Positions 11,353 through 25,340 of a stretch of DNA of 64,000 nt are shown piece after piece. The position numbers and the translations under genes are program-made. The DNA lies in assembly GCA_034780895.1 (NCBI GenBank), contig JAUZTB010000088.1, forward strand, positions 336,274 to 400,273. Reading direction: 5' to 3'. The notes beneath the pieces were generated by a model. That model saw nothing but the letters and a program-made list of their open reading frames with translations, ran no database searches and was not told the origin of the DNA. This stretch comes from Rhynchobatus australiae (Eukaryota). Each line of letters opens with the position of its first letter. Within the stretch, counting starts at the first letter, position 1.

Positions 11353-11516
11353 GAATAGATCTTCCACCATGTCAGGATTCACTGAGTCATTTCAGCTGTT
11401 GCACGAACAAGTTTATTTCCACGGTCACTGAGTCCAAATTGAGGGAGCAGGTGAAGCGCGCGGTGAAGTATCCGGTCACGTCATTGCTTCAGTTCATTGA
11501 TCAGGCCGCGTCCTGA
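11353..11516 (+). pseudogene. GPR139-like 3' fragment copy C (TM7 + C-tail)
   Basis: Reads ...LSHFSCCTNKFISTVTESKLREQVKRAVKYPVTSLLQFIDQAAS*, and the following 3' flank aligns with that of copy B. The 5' part is missing. Confidence 0.85.
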
Positions 11517-12284
11517 GCGCAACTCAGAGGAGACCGCAAAGTCTCCAGTCTGGGCTTCAGCTCCTGACATTCGCCGTCTGATATTCCACGTACCGGACGG
11601 ATATCCCAGCGACGCCAGCTCCGGGAACTCAAACCAATCACAACGGGCTCGCCCATCCGAATCCGTCCAGGCAATTGGAGGGTGATGTAACCATTGGCCA
11701 AACATGTCCGGAAATAATTCCCAGATCCCCTCTTGTGACCAGGCTCAGGAACCCACGAAGGGTAAATCCCGTATTGCTGCCACTCCCCGATAAATTCCCC
11801 ATGGTCCCGCACTCTGTGCAGATTGTCATTGAGATCCTTGTTATTACCTTCACATTCAGTCAGGTCAGTGCACTTCTCCCCATAAAATACAAAGACGATG
11901 AACCCACAACCACGATCGACAAGAAGACAAGAACACACGTAAACGGAGAAATAATTGGCCACGTGCCATCAACACCGCTCTGCCTTCACGATTGTGGGAG
12001 CAATACACAAATGTCACAAACAGGTTCGTCTTCGATTGTCTGAATGTCATTATTTAATGAAGAAAACGATATCGCAGATCACGTCTCTGTATCACTATTG
12101 ACCAATGGGAGATCTTGTGAAATTAAAATAAAGAGTGCAGTGCCAGCCGCGATGTGGAGAAACATTTGATGGCCCTTGGAAAATGCTCTCACTTCAAAAG
12201 TATTTTGGTCGATGCATGATCTCACAATAAAATTCCTTTGCTCTCGTTGTATACTTTCAGGATATTGCGTCTGGAAATCTAAAT

Positions 12285-13140
12285 ATATTTGGTGGTGCTG
12301 TGGATAGTGTAGTAGGTTGCTGTAGATCGCAACAGGATATTGATAGAACGCACAATTGAGCTGAGAAGTGGAAGATGGAGTTCAACCAGGAATAGTGTGA
12401 AGAAATACACTTCGGGAGATCGAATTTGAAGGCAGAATGCTAGGTTAACGTCGGGATCTTGAATGATCTTGGATTCCACGTTGATAGATCCCTAAAAGTT
12501 TCAGCGCAGGTCGATAGGGTTGTTAAGAACGCGAATGTTGTGTTGGCCTTCATTCGTCGGGCTATTGAATTCAAAAGCCGCGAGGTAATGCTGCAGTTCT
12601 ATAGGACTCTGCTCAGCCCACACTTGGAGTATTGTGTTCAGTTCTGGTCGCCTCATTACAGAAATTATGTGGAAGATTTAGGAAGGGTGCGGAGAAGATT
12701 TACCAGGATGTTGCACGGATTTGAGGATGTGTTTTATGAGCATAGGTTGAGCGATATTGGGATTTTCTCTTTGGAAGGAAGGAGGATGAGAGGTGACTTG
12801 ATAGAGGTGCACAAGACAATAAGAGGCATAGATCGAGAGGGCATTCAGAGACTTTCTTTTTTCCGAGGATGAAAATGGCTGACACGAGAACATTTCTCAT
12901 TTTCATTCTGGGAAAAACAGGTCAATATTTAACGTGATTCGAGGAAGGTATAAGGGGGAATGCAAGAGCTTGGTACTTTACATAGAGAGTGGTGGGTGAG
13001 TGGAACGCACTGCCGGCAGGTGTTGTGGGGCAGATCGATCAGGGACATTTAAGAGACTCTTAGATAGCCACATGAATGACAGAAAAATAGAGGCCTGTGC
13101 GAGAAGGAAAGGTGAGACAGATCTTCGATAGGTCCAAGAA
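12285..13140 (+). mobile_element. CR1-clade LINE 3' fragment (relatively well preserved)
   Basis: ORF 12459-12872 reads DLGFHVDRSLKVSAQVDRVVK...HLEYCVQFWSPHY...RRMRGDLIEV. Confidence 0.9.
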
Positions 13141-13164
13141 CAAGGTCTTGCGCTCCAAGAACAG

Positions 13165-13570
13165 AACCAAGGTATTGGTCACGGCAGGTTGTCATGTGAT
13201 GTAGAAAGAAACGTTTTTTTTTCAGACAGGGCATAAAGCTTGTCGCCCCTAAAACCGTAGCTGCAGTTTCCTGCTGCAATATTTTGTTTACAGCAGCGGG
13301 CAACAAATGGCGACAAATCGATCCAAGGTGAAGGTGACGGTGCACCAGACAGAAGAGTGCGTGGCTTCAGAAGACAGCACGGGGATAACGCTACACACAG
13401 TGGGATGTGCAAGAAAGAGCCTGTGAAATAATGATAATTGTTCTGAAACAAAATGACCTCAGTGACAATGAGCAGTAGATCCGCCGTTGCTATGGCCACC
13501 AGGTTGTGAGTGGTGCAGGTGGAGAAGCCGCAGTTTTCTTGGGACAGGATCACAATCGCCAGTAAATTCC
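13165..13570 (-). pseudogene. GPR139-like pseudogene copy D (exon 2, TM1-ECL2 only)
   Basis: Reads NLLAIVILSQENCGFSTCTTHNLVAIATADLLLIVTEVILFQNNYHYF..., then a frameshifted W.TVTFTLDRFVAI and PWFC. The acceptor is decayed and the copy is truncated by the CR1 at 12285-13140. Confidence 0.85.
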
Positions 13571-14239
13571 CAATAAAAAGAAATAATCACATGTTGGGAA
13601 CTAGTAAATATGCATTCACAGGTTCCGAGCACAGGACAGAATGAATCTGCCAGAAAGTAGCAGAAGGGTTTTCAAATGGTCATTGTTTCTGTATGTTTGT
13701 ACATTCCAAACTCGAAGTTTCTTCCAACCTCCCAGTTCCCGACTGCAACAGCTGCCAACAAGACTCGGTGGTTCCCCGGAGGCGTTTTACCCCATTCCCA
13801 GCCTTAACGATCCTGAAAGCGCGTGGTGAACCTTTGTTTTACAGATTTCACTGGGACTGGCCGATGACTCAGGCCTCTTGAAACTCAGCATCGGAATGCG
13901 AGGGGAGGAGACCTTCACAATAAGGCAAGCAAGGTCTGGGTTCCGGCACCTGGTGGGTTCGCTGCGAAAATTCGTCACTGACAGATACATCGGTAAATAT
14001 CTAAAGTTTGTGCGCCACTGCTATTTACTCGCAATGGGACTCATCGCTTCAGAATCAAGAGTTAACCTCTCGGTGGTTACTCGCAATCTGTCAAATTTTC
14101 TGATTCAAAATCCTCTCACTCTCTTCCTCAGAGAACTGTCTGAACTGAGGTATGGCACAAAGTACGAAATGCTCGTCCAAAGGCAACGATGAGTGACACA
14201 GGTTCTCCTTGTCGACCAGAAGGAGATTTATTTTGTTTT

Positions 14240-16760
14240 GATTGAGACAGGTTCTGTTTTACAGACTTCATTTTGATTGAGAAGTTTCCAAAGATGATCG
14301 ATGAGAGTCGGCAGTGGATGTTTTGTACATGGACTTTATTTAAGCCTCGAAAAGATTGACCGTGGTAGATGGGGTGATCCAGAAAAATCAGACGATACTG
14401 ATTAAATGAGAAGAGATCGTATCCGTCCAAAATTTTCTTGGCTACAGCAAATAGAGTGTGATTGCGGAGGTGTGTTATTCTGGCTGGAGGCCTGCAACCC
14501 ACGGTGTTCTGTAATGATCAGTGCTGGGAACTCTTGTGTTTGTAATACACGGAAATGGTTTGGACGAAAATAAGTGTGTTTGCAGAAGACATAATAATTA
14601 ACCGAGTTGTGGATGGTGATGATGGTCATCAAAGGATGCAGCAGGACACAGAGCAGTTGGACATTTTGGCAAAGAAATGGCAGGTGGAGGTTAATTGCAC
14701 AACTGTGAGTTCATGTAATTTGGAGGTCAAATGTCAAAGGAAAATATTCAGCAAAATGCAGGACGCTTGGAAGCATTGAGTGATCTTGGTCTGGATATCC
14801 ATAAATGCATGAATATCACAATAAAATTTGATGGCGTGAGAAGGAAGTCATGCGGCATTCTTGCCTTCATCAGTCGGAGCACAGAGTATTCAAGTTTGAA
14901 AGTCATGTTGCAGTTCTATTGAAGTTTGGTTCGGCCAAATTTGCAGTACTGTGTGCAGTTCACTCGCAACATTCCGGAAAGCAGGTGGAAACTTTAGAGA
15001 AGGTGCAGAAGATTTTCCCGAGATGGCGGCTGGATTATCTTTAACAAGAGGTTGGACAAAATTGTTTTTTTTTCTTTTCTGGTTGGAAATTTATAAAATC
15101 ATGAGTGGCTTAAATTGGGTAGGCATATTATTTTTTGTAAGGATTAAATTTCAAAGACGATTGAGAGCACAACTTTCTCGGGGATTGGTTTAAAGGAGAT
15201 TGACGTCGCGAGCTTTTGTTTGCACAGAGAGCGGTAAAGCACATGCAATGATATCGTTGAGGAGCTGTTTGGACAGGCACATGAACAGGATATATATCAT
15301 GCGCAGGGAGGTGTAATTGGTGTAAATTGGCATCACGATCGGACCGGACATGGTGGGCCGAGGGGCATGTCCCTGTGTGCACTGTTTATGTTCTGTTTGG
15401 TATTAATCTGATGAAGCTCATTATTGAATGTTTCCAGCAACTGAGCCCCGCAGCTTCCGCGGCTTGAAATGTCGAAACACTCTGTACCCCCACCTCTGTC
15501 TGAAGACAAGTCCTCTCAGCTCTCTTGAACGATTGACTCTTTGCATTGGACCAGTGACTTACGTGTCTAGTATAATTCCACAGACTGATATTATCAATCA
15601 ATACCACTCAGTTTGCTGTGGTTTTCACACTCCCACGTGGAAACTTAAATGTTTACAATTCAGATAAGAATAAAAAAGAGTCACGTGCAAGTAGAAGAAT
15701 TATATTTTGCTGATTCACCAGCGTGTATGTTTCCTGTGAACTGCAATGAGACGGAGGTGTTAGATATCCTGGAAGGCAGAAGGATTGATGAATCATCAGG
15801 TCGGGATAACCGGATAATACCAGAGCACAGTGAAAACACGAAGGAAAAGGTGGCTGAGGGCCGAACGGAAATATTGTCCTGTTCGTTTGCCAGAGACGAG
15901 ATACCAGAATACTGTTAGGCTGCTTGTGTTGTTGGCTGGAGAAAGGCAGTAGGAAGAAACCAGGTCACAAGAAGCCGGTGAGATTGACCACAGTACGAAG
16001 GAAATTATTGAAGAGAATTCGAAGAATTAGCATTCAGGACATTTGGAATGGCAGGGACTGTTTCGGAAAATGTTGAAGTTGAGTCTATTGTCATTTGCAC
16101 AAGTACATGTACTTGCACGTGCGCAATGAAAAACTGGCTTGCAGATTCCCATGCGGGAGAAATCTTGTCTCACTAACTTCAGGGTTTTTCTGGAGGTATC
16201 AAAGTCAATGGATGGTGGTAGATTTTGTTTTTGTGGACTTTCGTGAGGCATTTGACAATGCCACCTGGTGGGCTGGTCCCGAAGGTTAAGGGACGTGTGA
16301 ATCAATACGAGCTGCCTGCCGGGGTTGATAATTGTCTTGATTATTGCGGGAAGACGTCGTGGTGTTTTTTTTATTTTGATGAGAAGTCTGTGACTTATGG
16401 TGTTCGCAGGGATAGGTGATTTCTGTGAGAGGTAGTGGCTACTTCGATGTGAATGGAATAATCAAGAATAATCAAAATCTACGTCCGGCACGAAAATTGC
16501 TGGTGATTTTCACAGAGAGGAACGTTGCCTAAGGCTATAACAGTAGAAAACCGTGGCCGAGAATCAGGCGGAGTGCTTGTCAGAAATAATGTAATCCCAG
16601 CAAATTGAGATGATGCATTTTGGGAGGTCAATTGCGGAAGATAAATACATTAAATGGGAGGAGCAAGTCAGGAATGTTGATGGACAGGATGACCTTGAGG
16701 TCCAAACGCAGTTCCATGGAAATGGCATCACAATTCAATGGTATGGTGAAGGCTGCAGCG
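14240..16760 (+). mobile_element. Successive heavily decayed CR1 fragments
   Basis: Contains ISVFAED, KKWQVE, gggccgaggggcatgtccctgtgtgc (tail), KSCLTN (aaatcttgtctcactaact) and VFVDFREAFD. Confidence 0.75.
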
Positions 16761-17104
16761 GGGTCAATTTCCGTGATCCTCGTCTGAACAGATACGAAGG
16801 TGTTAACAACAGATGTTTGTTCAGTGAGTGTTATTAACGTCAGTCTACGAGGAGACCGATTGCGTCACCCGCGGGTTACGATTTATGTTCAAGGATTCCT
16901 TTCGATGAAATATAACAATGTCAGTGGGAGCAGTCCATCCGCCAACGATAGAGAGCAGCAACTCCACAGAGAAAGAAGATAATTGGGAAGCTGCGAACAA
17001 TAACGCGGGGTGTTACATGAATGGTTCGGAATCAGTGAATAGCAGAGTGTGAAATTCCAGTCAGCGATGCGAATTTGGGAACAGTGAAGTGAGGTGTTGC
17101 AGGA

Positions 17105-19130
17105 ATGGGTCGGGATCTGGAAACAGTCAACTGGGATGTGACAGCTATCAGGAAGAGTGTCTTTTACTTTACTGACAATATTTTCTGTGTAATTCTCAGT
17201 TAAAATGGTATCATCGCATCTATTACTTACTCCGGACTATTCAGGCGGTCTACTATCCCATCCTCGCCCTTGTTGAAGTTCCAGGTAAGTGTCAGTGCAA
17301 ATGCACGACCAACAAGCAGGTGAGATGCAGTATTTAAGGGATCTGAGAAAGATGTGTGATAAGTGGACAAGCACTTACATTTTCCTGTTATTGATGCTGA
17401 AAGTCCTCACTGACTATGCTTCGGTTGCGCGAGGTATACCTGGTCCGTGGATGATGTTTATCGACTGGATATTTGTCCTTCATTTCTCCAGGTTGTTTCT
17501 GTCAATATTGCAAACAGGTTCACAACAACTTCCATTAATGCAGTCAACAATTGCTAACTGCATTACGGTTCCTGTAATTCACATTATCCTCACTGTGGCC
17601 GTGGGTCTGTTGATTTGAATTAGGCCGTCAGGATTGTCCTCTGCAAACGGTAAACTGATTTTATTCTATTGCTCATGATCTCATTTCATTCTTGCGAAGC
17701 TGGTAGTTTCCAATCACCTCCATCCTCCTCCCGAGAACTACGTGCGGCTGAGTCAGAATTTTCCGCCGAGGACCCAGACCATCTTCACGCCAATATCGAG
17801 AGTGGCTGCGTGATAATCCTGACGGAAACATGTGATGACCTACACGCACTGGAATAGATCACCGAGCAATGGTCAGAATCAGAAACCTTCACTGATTTAA
17901 TGCACGGGCAAGGTCAATGTATTACCAGTTCCTTCACTGAAACTCAGTCAGTGAAGACTTTTGAGATTTATAAACTTGAACACCTTATGTATTGTTCATT
18001 TATCAGACATCTTTAACGGACCCGAAACCTCTTGTTCTCAGCTGCTGATCGAGGTGATGCAGTTATTTTAGAGTTAAGGTTGATTTTTCAGAATTATAAT
18101 CGCTGTCTACGGCAGACAACACCGGTACCAGATAAAGTATCCGCCAACTATGAATCCAAGAACAGTTTGTACAGTTGATTTATCTCTGTGAACTTGCGGT
18201 CTTCTCTCCAAGTCGGTTGTCATGTTTTCGTTCATTTCCCTCGTCACAGTGAAAGCGCTGATCATTGTGGTCCTGTGCCGGGGAAAGGGCGATCTATCCA
18301 GAGGCGTCACTCGGTACCTTGTTGCGAGTCGGATCAAATGCTCGTGGTCCTCGATCTGACATTGAGGCAGATTCAGATTGCTTATCGGGAGGAATTTCGT
18401 TTCCTAAATGCTATCCCAGTGTGCGACATCCACGCCGTCCTACATTATGCAGCCACCGACTGTTCGGTCTGGTTCACCGTCACTTTCACCTTTGATCAGT
18501 TTGTGGCCATTTGTTGCCAGAAGCTTAAACCTAAATATTGCACCAAGAGAACGGCGGCAGTCGTCCTGGGGACTGTGACTGTGCTCAGCTGCTTAAAAAA
18601 AAACATTTTTTTGGTAGTTTATACTCAGCGGCGGTTAACGTTTGCATAATGTCCCGTGGTTTTGCATGGGCAGAATGTTTTTTCGTGAGTTCGCTGGCTT
18701 GGACTGTAGTCGAGTTCCTCCATTACGTCCTCACGTCTGTGATCCCATTTGTCTTCATACTCCTGCTCAATGCTTTGACCACCAGGCACGTGTTATTGGC
18801 AACCAGAGCTCTCAAGTGGTCCCAAGAGTGGGGAGAATCCCAGAGACACGGAGATGGAGAGTCGCAGAAATTCCCTTTTTTTACTGCTGGTCATCTCGGG
18901 CAATTTCATCCGGTTGTGGGCGATAATTACGGCGTATCGTATGTAAGACCGGCTGTGTGTTTCCAATAATTTGGATACTACGAGACCTGTTGGCTACATT
19001 CGGGAGCTGGGTGACATGCTGCAGCTGCTGAGCTGCTGCACAAGCACGGCTCTTTACGCCGTGACCCAGACTAAGGGAGCAGCTGAAGCAGCTGGTGAGA
19101 TCACCCCTCTCTTTCGTTGTAAAATGCACT
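17105..19130 (+). pseudogene. GPR139-like pseudogene copy E, long-exon-1 subfamily (exon 1 about 17105-17284, exon 2 from 18250)
   Basis: Exon 1 ends LRTIQAVYYPILALVEVP-G|gtaagt and has an internal frameshift. Exon 2 after cacag reads VKALIIVVLCRGKGDLSRGVTRYLVA.../LHYAATDCSVWFTVTFTFDQFVAICCQKLK.../VIPFVFILLLNALTTRH.../LSCCTSTALYAVTQ, with several frameshifts. Confidence 0.88.
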
Positions 19131-19289
19131 CAGCGTCGACGTCCCGAGGTATCTCTGCTCCCTCCATCTAATCCGCTTCATAATCCCTCACTCCCCAACT
19201 TTCCGCGGAGCTGAACCTGCAGCGAAGCTCTCCTGGGTATTTGTGACCCCTTCCTTACCCGGTCTCTCAACCTGTTCCCTCCATTCGCC

Positions 19290-19600
19290 TCCATGAATAT
19301 CTCTGCCGTCCACGTGCGCCTCGTCTGCTTCACTCCGCCCCACAGTGGCCGCAGCATTATACATCCCTCCATCACCAACAGCCCCACAATCCCACCAGCA
19401 ACAGCAGGAACCCACCACCCGCAGTATCCCCAACGCCTCCAGCACCAACACCACCCCCTACTGCGACCAACATCCCACTACCTTACCACCCACAACATCA
19501 ACGCCCTCAAAGGCAACACCCAACACCAACATCACCATCCCGGTTACTATCAACCCATCACTGCGCAGATTTCTCTCTCTCTTTCTCTCTATCGTTTCCT
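19290..19600. repeat. CA-rich low-complexity tract
   Basis: Repeated cacc/caac/ccac motifs explain the His/Thr/Pro-rich ORFs. Confidence 0.7.
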
Positions 19601-20569
19601 TGTAACGTCTCTTCCCACAATACCTCTCCCTGTCGGTACAGAACAAGCCTCCAACAAACATACCCTCAGCACAGGATCTGGATTAAACAAATGAGTCAGT
19701 CTTTTGGAACTATAAAGGAGTTGGAAGGAATCATAATGACCACCACAGAGACGGTCAGTGCAGGCACCCGTGCCGGCCAGGCTCCCGTGCTGCTCCAATC
19801 AATACCCTTTTTTTCTCGAATCGGCATCTTGGCCGGGTTACTGTCCAGTCGACAGAGAGGGTGGGAGAACGACCGACTACAGGATAAAGCAATCCCTCAC
19901 AGCAGACTTTGTCAGTGCTGGACACTGGGTTCTGTATGCAGACATAATAAGTGAATCTGGATCCACGAGGGGAGTAGGATGAAAAGGCTGACTGTTATTT
20001 GAATTGAGAGAGTTTGCAAATGAATTCAGTTCGGAGGAATTGATACTTTCTTACCAGTGCAACACTGGGAAAGTTATCAATAATTCGCAGCGATGAGCAA
20101 GGCAGATGTCATTTTGCCATTTATGACGAGGAAGCTGGAATTTAACAACAGTGAAGTATATTCACAAATGCACTGCGTATTGGTGAGGCCACTCTGGATA
20201 ATTGTGTGTCGCTTCAGTCCCTGTGTTTATAACAAGAGTACACTGGCGCATAAAGAAAACAGATGAAACTGCAGATGCAGGAAACTGAAACATAAGCAAA
20301 CAACAGAAATGATGGAAGAACCCAGCCAATCAAGAAGCAAAGAAAAAATAGTTACTGTGCTGGGTCAATGACGCTTCCTCGGAACTGGGAGAAGAGCAGA
20401 CTGTTTACAGGTTTCGAAACAGAGCAAGGTGCAGGAGTGATGTCAGGATAAATGGAGAGACGGTGAGCCATACCACGTGAAATGGACCATGAGCACTGAA
20501 TAGAGAACAGACATCAGGCAATTCAGCCAACTATATCCGTGCCGAATTAAACTTGATGCCAATTTAAAC

Positions 20570-22750
20570 GAATGGAATCTCCTGGCATTTTCTCCAGATC
20601 CCTTCATTCGCAGTTCATGTGTCTGAATGCGTCATGAACATTGCGACAGCACTGGCTTCTGTCACCGCCGTTGATGATGGAACACCACCGCCGTAATACA
20701 GACCGAAAACTGTTTATATTGAAACAAATGTCTCGTAAAGATCCTTAAACTTTCTCCCCTTCCAGCCTTAAACATATTCGTTTTTGTATTTCACTTTCGC
20801 ACCTTGAGAACAAAGAATCTGACCATCTACCCTAATAGAGTAATAGAGTTATAGAACAACGCGGAAAGAGCCCCTTCGGCACATCTCGTTCAGGCTGACT
20901 TTGTTGCCCAGGGAGGAGGTCCCATCTGTCCCAGTTTGGCTCTGAAACCTCAACACCTCTTCTATCCATGTACTGATCTATATTTCTTTTCAATCGTTCA
21001 AATGTTCCCGTTTTAATCACTACTTCTGGAAGCTCGTTACGAACACACATCATCCTTTGCTTGAAGTAGCTGCCCCTGATGTCCCTTAAAAATCTGTCGC
21101 ATCCTATTTTAGGATTACACCTTGTTTTTCTCGCAACCCTCATCTGGGAAAATACGACAATGTTCTTTAGATTTGTCTATGCCGCTGATGATCATATGGA
21201 CCCCTATCAGGCCACCGCTCAATCCCCTACTATCCAGGGCATACAGTGTTCGTTTATGTAACTTCCCTGTGTAACTCTAGCAGCATGCCAGTGAATGTTT
21301 TCTGCACTCCTTTTTTAATAATATCTATGTTATAACGGGGTTACAACATCTGTACACAATACTACAAGTGCGACCTTACACATATGTAATATAACTGCAA
21401 AATAACTTTCCAGCTCTTCTACTCAATGCCCCAGTTGATAGAGGCGAGCGTATAAATTTCTTCACCAACGTGTCCAACTGTAATGTCGCTTTCAGCGAAC
21501 TATGTTCTTGCAATCCTCGGCCCTATCATTCACTATGTCAGCCCTACGCTGGCCCTATCATTCACTATGTCAGCCCTACGCTGGTTTGATCTCACAATAT
21601 GTAATAACTCACATTTATCGGTATTGAAAACCCTTTGCCTATCCTTCGCCCACACATCAAACTGATCAAGATCATCTGTCAATCTGGCATCATCTTCTAC
21701 ATTCTCTTCAGCACCACCTATTGCATTGTCATCCACAAACTTGCTAGAATGTCTTGTATATTCAACGTCAAATGGTTTATACGCATTACTAACAACAAAG
21801 GTCCCAGCACCGATCGTTGAAGCACACCACGAGACACAGGCCTCTAATCTGAGAAACAATCGTTAACCATCACTCTCTGCTTCCTCCCACTGAACCAGTT
21901 ATGCATGCAATACGCTATCTCCCACTGGATCCCATGCTATCAAATCTTCCAGACCGACCTGCTGTGAGGTACCTTGTCAAAAGCCCTGCTGAAGTCAATG
22001 TGAACAACATCCACTGTTCTACTCTCATCTACGTTCTTGATTCCCTCCTGAAAGAACTCCAAAAGATTCGTCAGGCACGACATCCCATTCCCACCCCCGT
22101 CACTTTTGTTTCACAATGGTAAATTTAGCATCCAGGACTTTGTACCCCCTCCTGTTCAGTTGCAATCCGTCTCGACTGTACACGTCACCGCTACCCAGAG
22201 GACAACCAATGATCCAAGGACCTGAATCCCTGCTCCCTGTACCACCTCTTCGTCCATGGATTTATCTGAGCCATTTTTCTATTTGTAGCCTCACTAGCAC
22301 GTGAAACTGGGACTAATACAGAGATTACTACCCTTGAGGACGTGCTTTCTAGGTACTCTCCTAACTCCCTGTGTTCAGTGTGCAGGTCCTCATCCCTCTT
22401 TCTATCCACAGCATTGATACCAACATGCACAACGACCTTTGGCTGTTCACCCTCTTTCTTGAGAGCTTCCTGCACACGCACCGAGACGTCCCAGACCATT
22501 CGCCCTGGAGGAAACACACCATCCCAGCATCTCTTTGTGTCCACAGGACCTTCTGTCTGACCACCTAGTTATCGACTACAGCCCTGCATTTCTCTCCCTT
22601 ACCCGCCGAGTCTCAGAGCCGGCCTCAGTGCTCCCAACCAACGATCTGATCCAGGTAACATTCTGGTGAACTCCTGAACCGTTTCCAAAGCCTGCACCTC
22701 CTCCCTGTGATGTGGCAACCTGGCCTGCAGGTGATACTCCAAAGGTGGTC
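20570..22750 (-). mobile_element. CR1-clade LINE pieces including the ORF1 esterase (SGNH-like) fragment and RT
   Basis: 22191-22544 reads PKVVVHVGINAVDRKRDEDL...RELG..L..TSSRVVISVLVPV.RAS. 21533-21859 has SKFVDDNAIGG. Confidence 0.85.
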
Positions 22751-22759
22751 TGTCAAACT

Positions 22760-25035
22760 TTGCTTCTGACAGGCTGAGGAGGGGTATGAGCAGGAGGAGT
22801 TTTAAAAGTCCTTTTCAAATAAGCTGCAGTTGGTTTAGTGTCCGAAGTGGTGACACCAAATGAAGGGCCGGTCGCCTGTTGGGGAGCATCCATTGTGAAG
22901 GGACCATTTTGAGAACGGCCGAATTGAGGTTGAAGCGCGACTGGTTGATATAAGTGCTGGCGTTGGTGAGTATCGCGTATCGGCGTGGAGGGCGAGCGGC
23001 AACAAGGTGAGGTAATGTAAATATTTTCCTTTCTCTTAGGTCTTCTAACTGACTCAGGAGGCAGCAATGGCAATCATTGGACTGCTGGGTTCTTTCTGCG
23101 TGATATGGGAGATCATGGGCATGTTGTGTTCCAGCGACGTTTGTTACCTCCATTGTCCGCTAATTTATTGACTTTGTTTTTACAAATACTTGATCTGTTT
23201 CTTTTAGTTCGGTGAGTGTCCCTGATGACCATGTCTGCAGGAAGTGTGTCTTGATGCAGCTCCTCTCAGACCGCATGGATCCGTTGCAGCGATAGTTGGA
23301 TTCAGTGAGGTGCAGACGGGAGACATTTATGGGTGGAAGTTGCAGAGAGGTGGTCACATCACAGATGCAGCAAGATAGATGAGTGACGGTCACGAAGAGG
23401 AGGCGGGTGGTGTGTGGATCTCCTGCGGTTGTTCACTTTTCAAAGAAGTAGACTCATTTGCATACTGTTGAGTTGATGTCCTCTCAGGAGAAAGTGTCAG
23501 CAGGAGGCCGATCAGTGGCATCATTAATGTCACTGTTGGTGACAGCAGGTTAGGCCACGGACCAGGCTACCAATATTTGTAGGAAGGTTTAAAACAAGGG
23601 CACCGACGGGCGGCTCTGTGGTCGCGGGCGGTTTTCTAGGATTGTACGTGTCATGGTCAAGGATGTCTTTGAGAAGGCACAGGCGATGTTAAATGGGAAT
23701 GTGAGCAGCCAGAGGCCGTAACGCACATTGGTACCAGCGACGTAAGTAGGATGAGATATGATGTTATAAAAGCAGGGCCTCAAGGGCTGTAATGTTAGGA
23801 GTGCTCGCTGTAACACGTGCGACCGATGAAAGAAACAAGAGGACGATTGAGTTGAGTAATTGGATAAGGATCTGGTGCCGAAGGGAGTGCTTCAAGCACA
23901 GGTATCTATGTGCTCTTTCCAGGTCAAATGTGACGTGCACAAGAGTGCAGCCTTTTCCCAAAACTGGAGGGCCACAGATGTCGCCACCGCGAGATCTGCA
24001 AATGCCAATCGGGAGGGATCAAACTAAAGTGGCCGAGAGCTGGGAACCAGAGCAACAAGTCAGCGGCCGGAGACATTGATGGGAAGGTCGAGGTTAGGTC
24101 ATGTGGTCTGAAAGGAGGGGATGCAGAGCAGTTTAACGAACAAAGCACGGTTCATGGGCGGATATATTTGTTTCAATGAAAGGACAATTACGGGTCAAGC
24201 AGATGAATGCAGCGGCTGGATCAGTGCATGGAGCTACGATAGCGTCGCCACGACAGAGACGGTTGTGCGAAGGGCAGGAATGGCGGATCAGAATTTCAAA
24301 ATTCAACATGCTTCAGGCGTGAGAGGAGCGGGGAATGCAAGAAATGTGGGGAATATGCACCGCTGAACAGGGAGAATGCACATCGGTACTTAAAAAGGAC
24401 ATCCTGGAGGCGATGTTGTAGAGCTCAGGAATCAATGTCATGAAATCACGATGATGCCGCTGTACTATAGATCTACCAGCGGGAGATAGAGGAGAATATC
24501 TGTCGTCAGATCATGGAAATCTCAGAAGTTCCAGGTCAGTCGAAGTGGGACTCCCTTCGTGCAGACGCAGAGATGGGGCAGAACTTGCTGGGTGCGTCCA
24601 GGATCGTGTCTTGATCGTGTTTGCATATAATCCATCCAGGAAAGGGCTACACCAGAGTTTATATTCGGAAACGAGCCTGACCAGGTGATCGCAGTTTCAG
24701 TGGGAGATCATTTTGGGAACAGTGATCAAATCCGTAAGTTTTCAGATAGTTATGGTAAGAATAAGACCTGAACTTGGGGGTAAGTGCTAAAATGGGATAG
24801 CTTAATTTTCACTGTCAGGAGATATAGGGAGGAGACGTTATTTTATAAGTGCACCTCTGATACAAGGACTTGTTCAAAAGTTAGCTGGTCAGGACTCTGA
24901 GGACCGTCATGTTCATGTGAAGAAGGAGGACAAGGCTGGCACTGTTCGGGATCGTTGGATGACGAGGGAAATTTAAAATTTAGTCAATAAGACAAAGAAA
25001 GCCCATGTGAGGTTCAGGAAGCTGAGCTCTGACAG
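22760..25035 (+). mobile_element. 5' portion of a CR1-clade LINE (5'UTR, ORF1 zinc-finger/esterase, ORF2 endonuclease), decayed
   Basis: Contains PDDHVCRKCVLMQLL (about 23220), W.RIWCRRE.F, YICFNERTI...ISAWSYD.VA.TET and VGDHFGNSD (about 24700). Confidence 0.8.
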
Positions 25036-25242
25036 GCCTATAAATACACGCTGTCGAGTTTCACCCCGAGTTGCACCGGGGCACACCTCCTGCAAAGATA
25101 TTCGCCAGGGATATTTCTGTCTTCTGCATCACACAGGAAGATGAGCTGGATACTCACAGGAGAAACGTACTTGTCCACTAAATGCCGTTATTGTGCCTTT
25201 TGACAACTGCTGGATTCAAGATATAGGAAAGGGGAATAATCT

Positions 25243-25340
25243 CTCCGGCCGTTACATCACCCTCGGCCGCTTCCTTACCCTCGGCCACTCCCTCATCCTC
25301 AGCCGCTCACTCAACATCAGCTACTCCCTCATCATCAATC
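25243..25340. repeat. 18-bp degenerate tandem repeat (about 5 units)
   Basis: Units ctcggccgcttccttacc / ctcggccactccctcatc / ctcagccgctcactcaac / atcagctactccctcatc. Confidence 0.7.

Noticed and set aside
9461-11382. Long ORFs (248, 226 and 291 aa) rich in Ser/Pro/His/Leu
   Set aside because: These are translations of GA-rich simple repeats and an N-gap. The real signal is the short USP5 exons in other frames.
12459-12872. 137-aa ORF (and similar RT-like ORFs) as host genes or active retroelements
   Set aside because: These are fragments of truncated CR1 ORF2. No full-length open ORF2 is present in the window.
16098-16115. Perfect palindrome caagtacatgtacttg (also gtataaatatttatac at about 41400)
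   Set aside because: They are short and lie in repeat-derived or AT-rich DNA, with no supporting context.
19293-19694. His/Gln-rich 133-aa ORF
   Set aside because: It is low-complexity CA-rich sequence with no splice or domain support.
21519-21582. 32-bp direct duplication
   Set aside because: It is a local slippage inside a dead CR1 with no functional indication.
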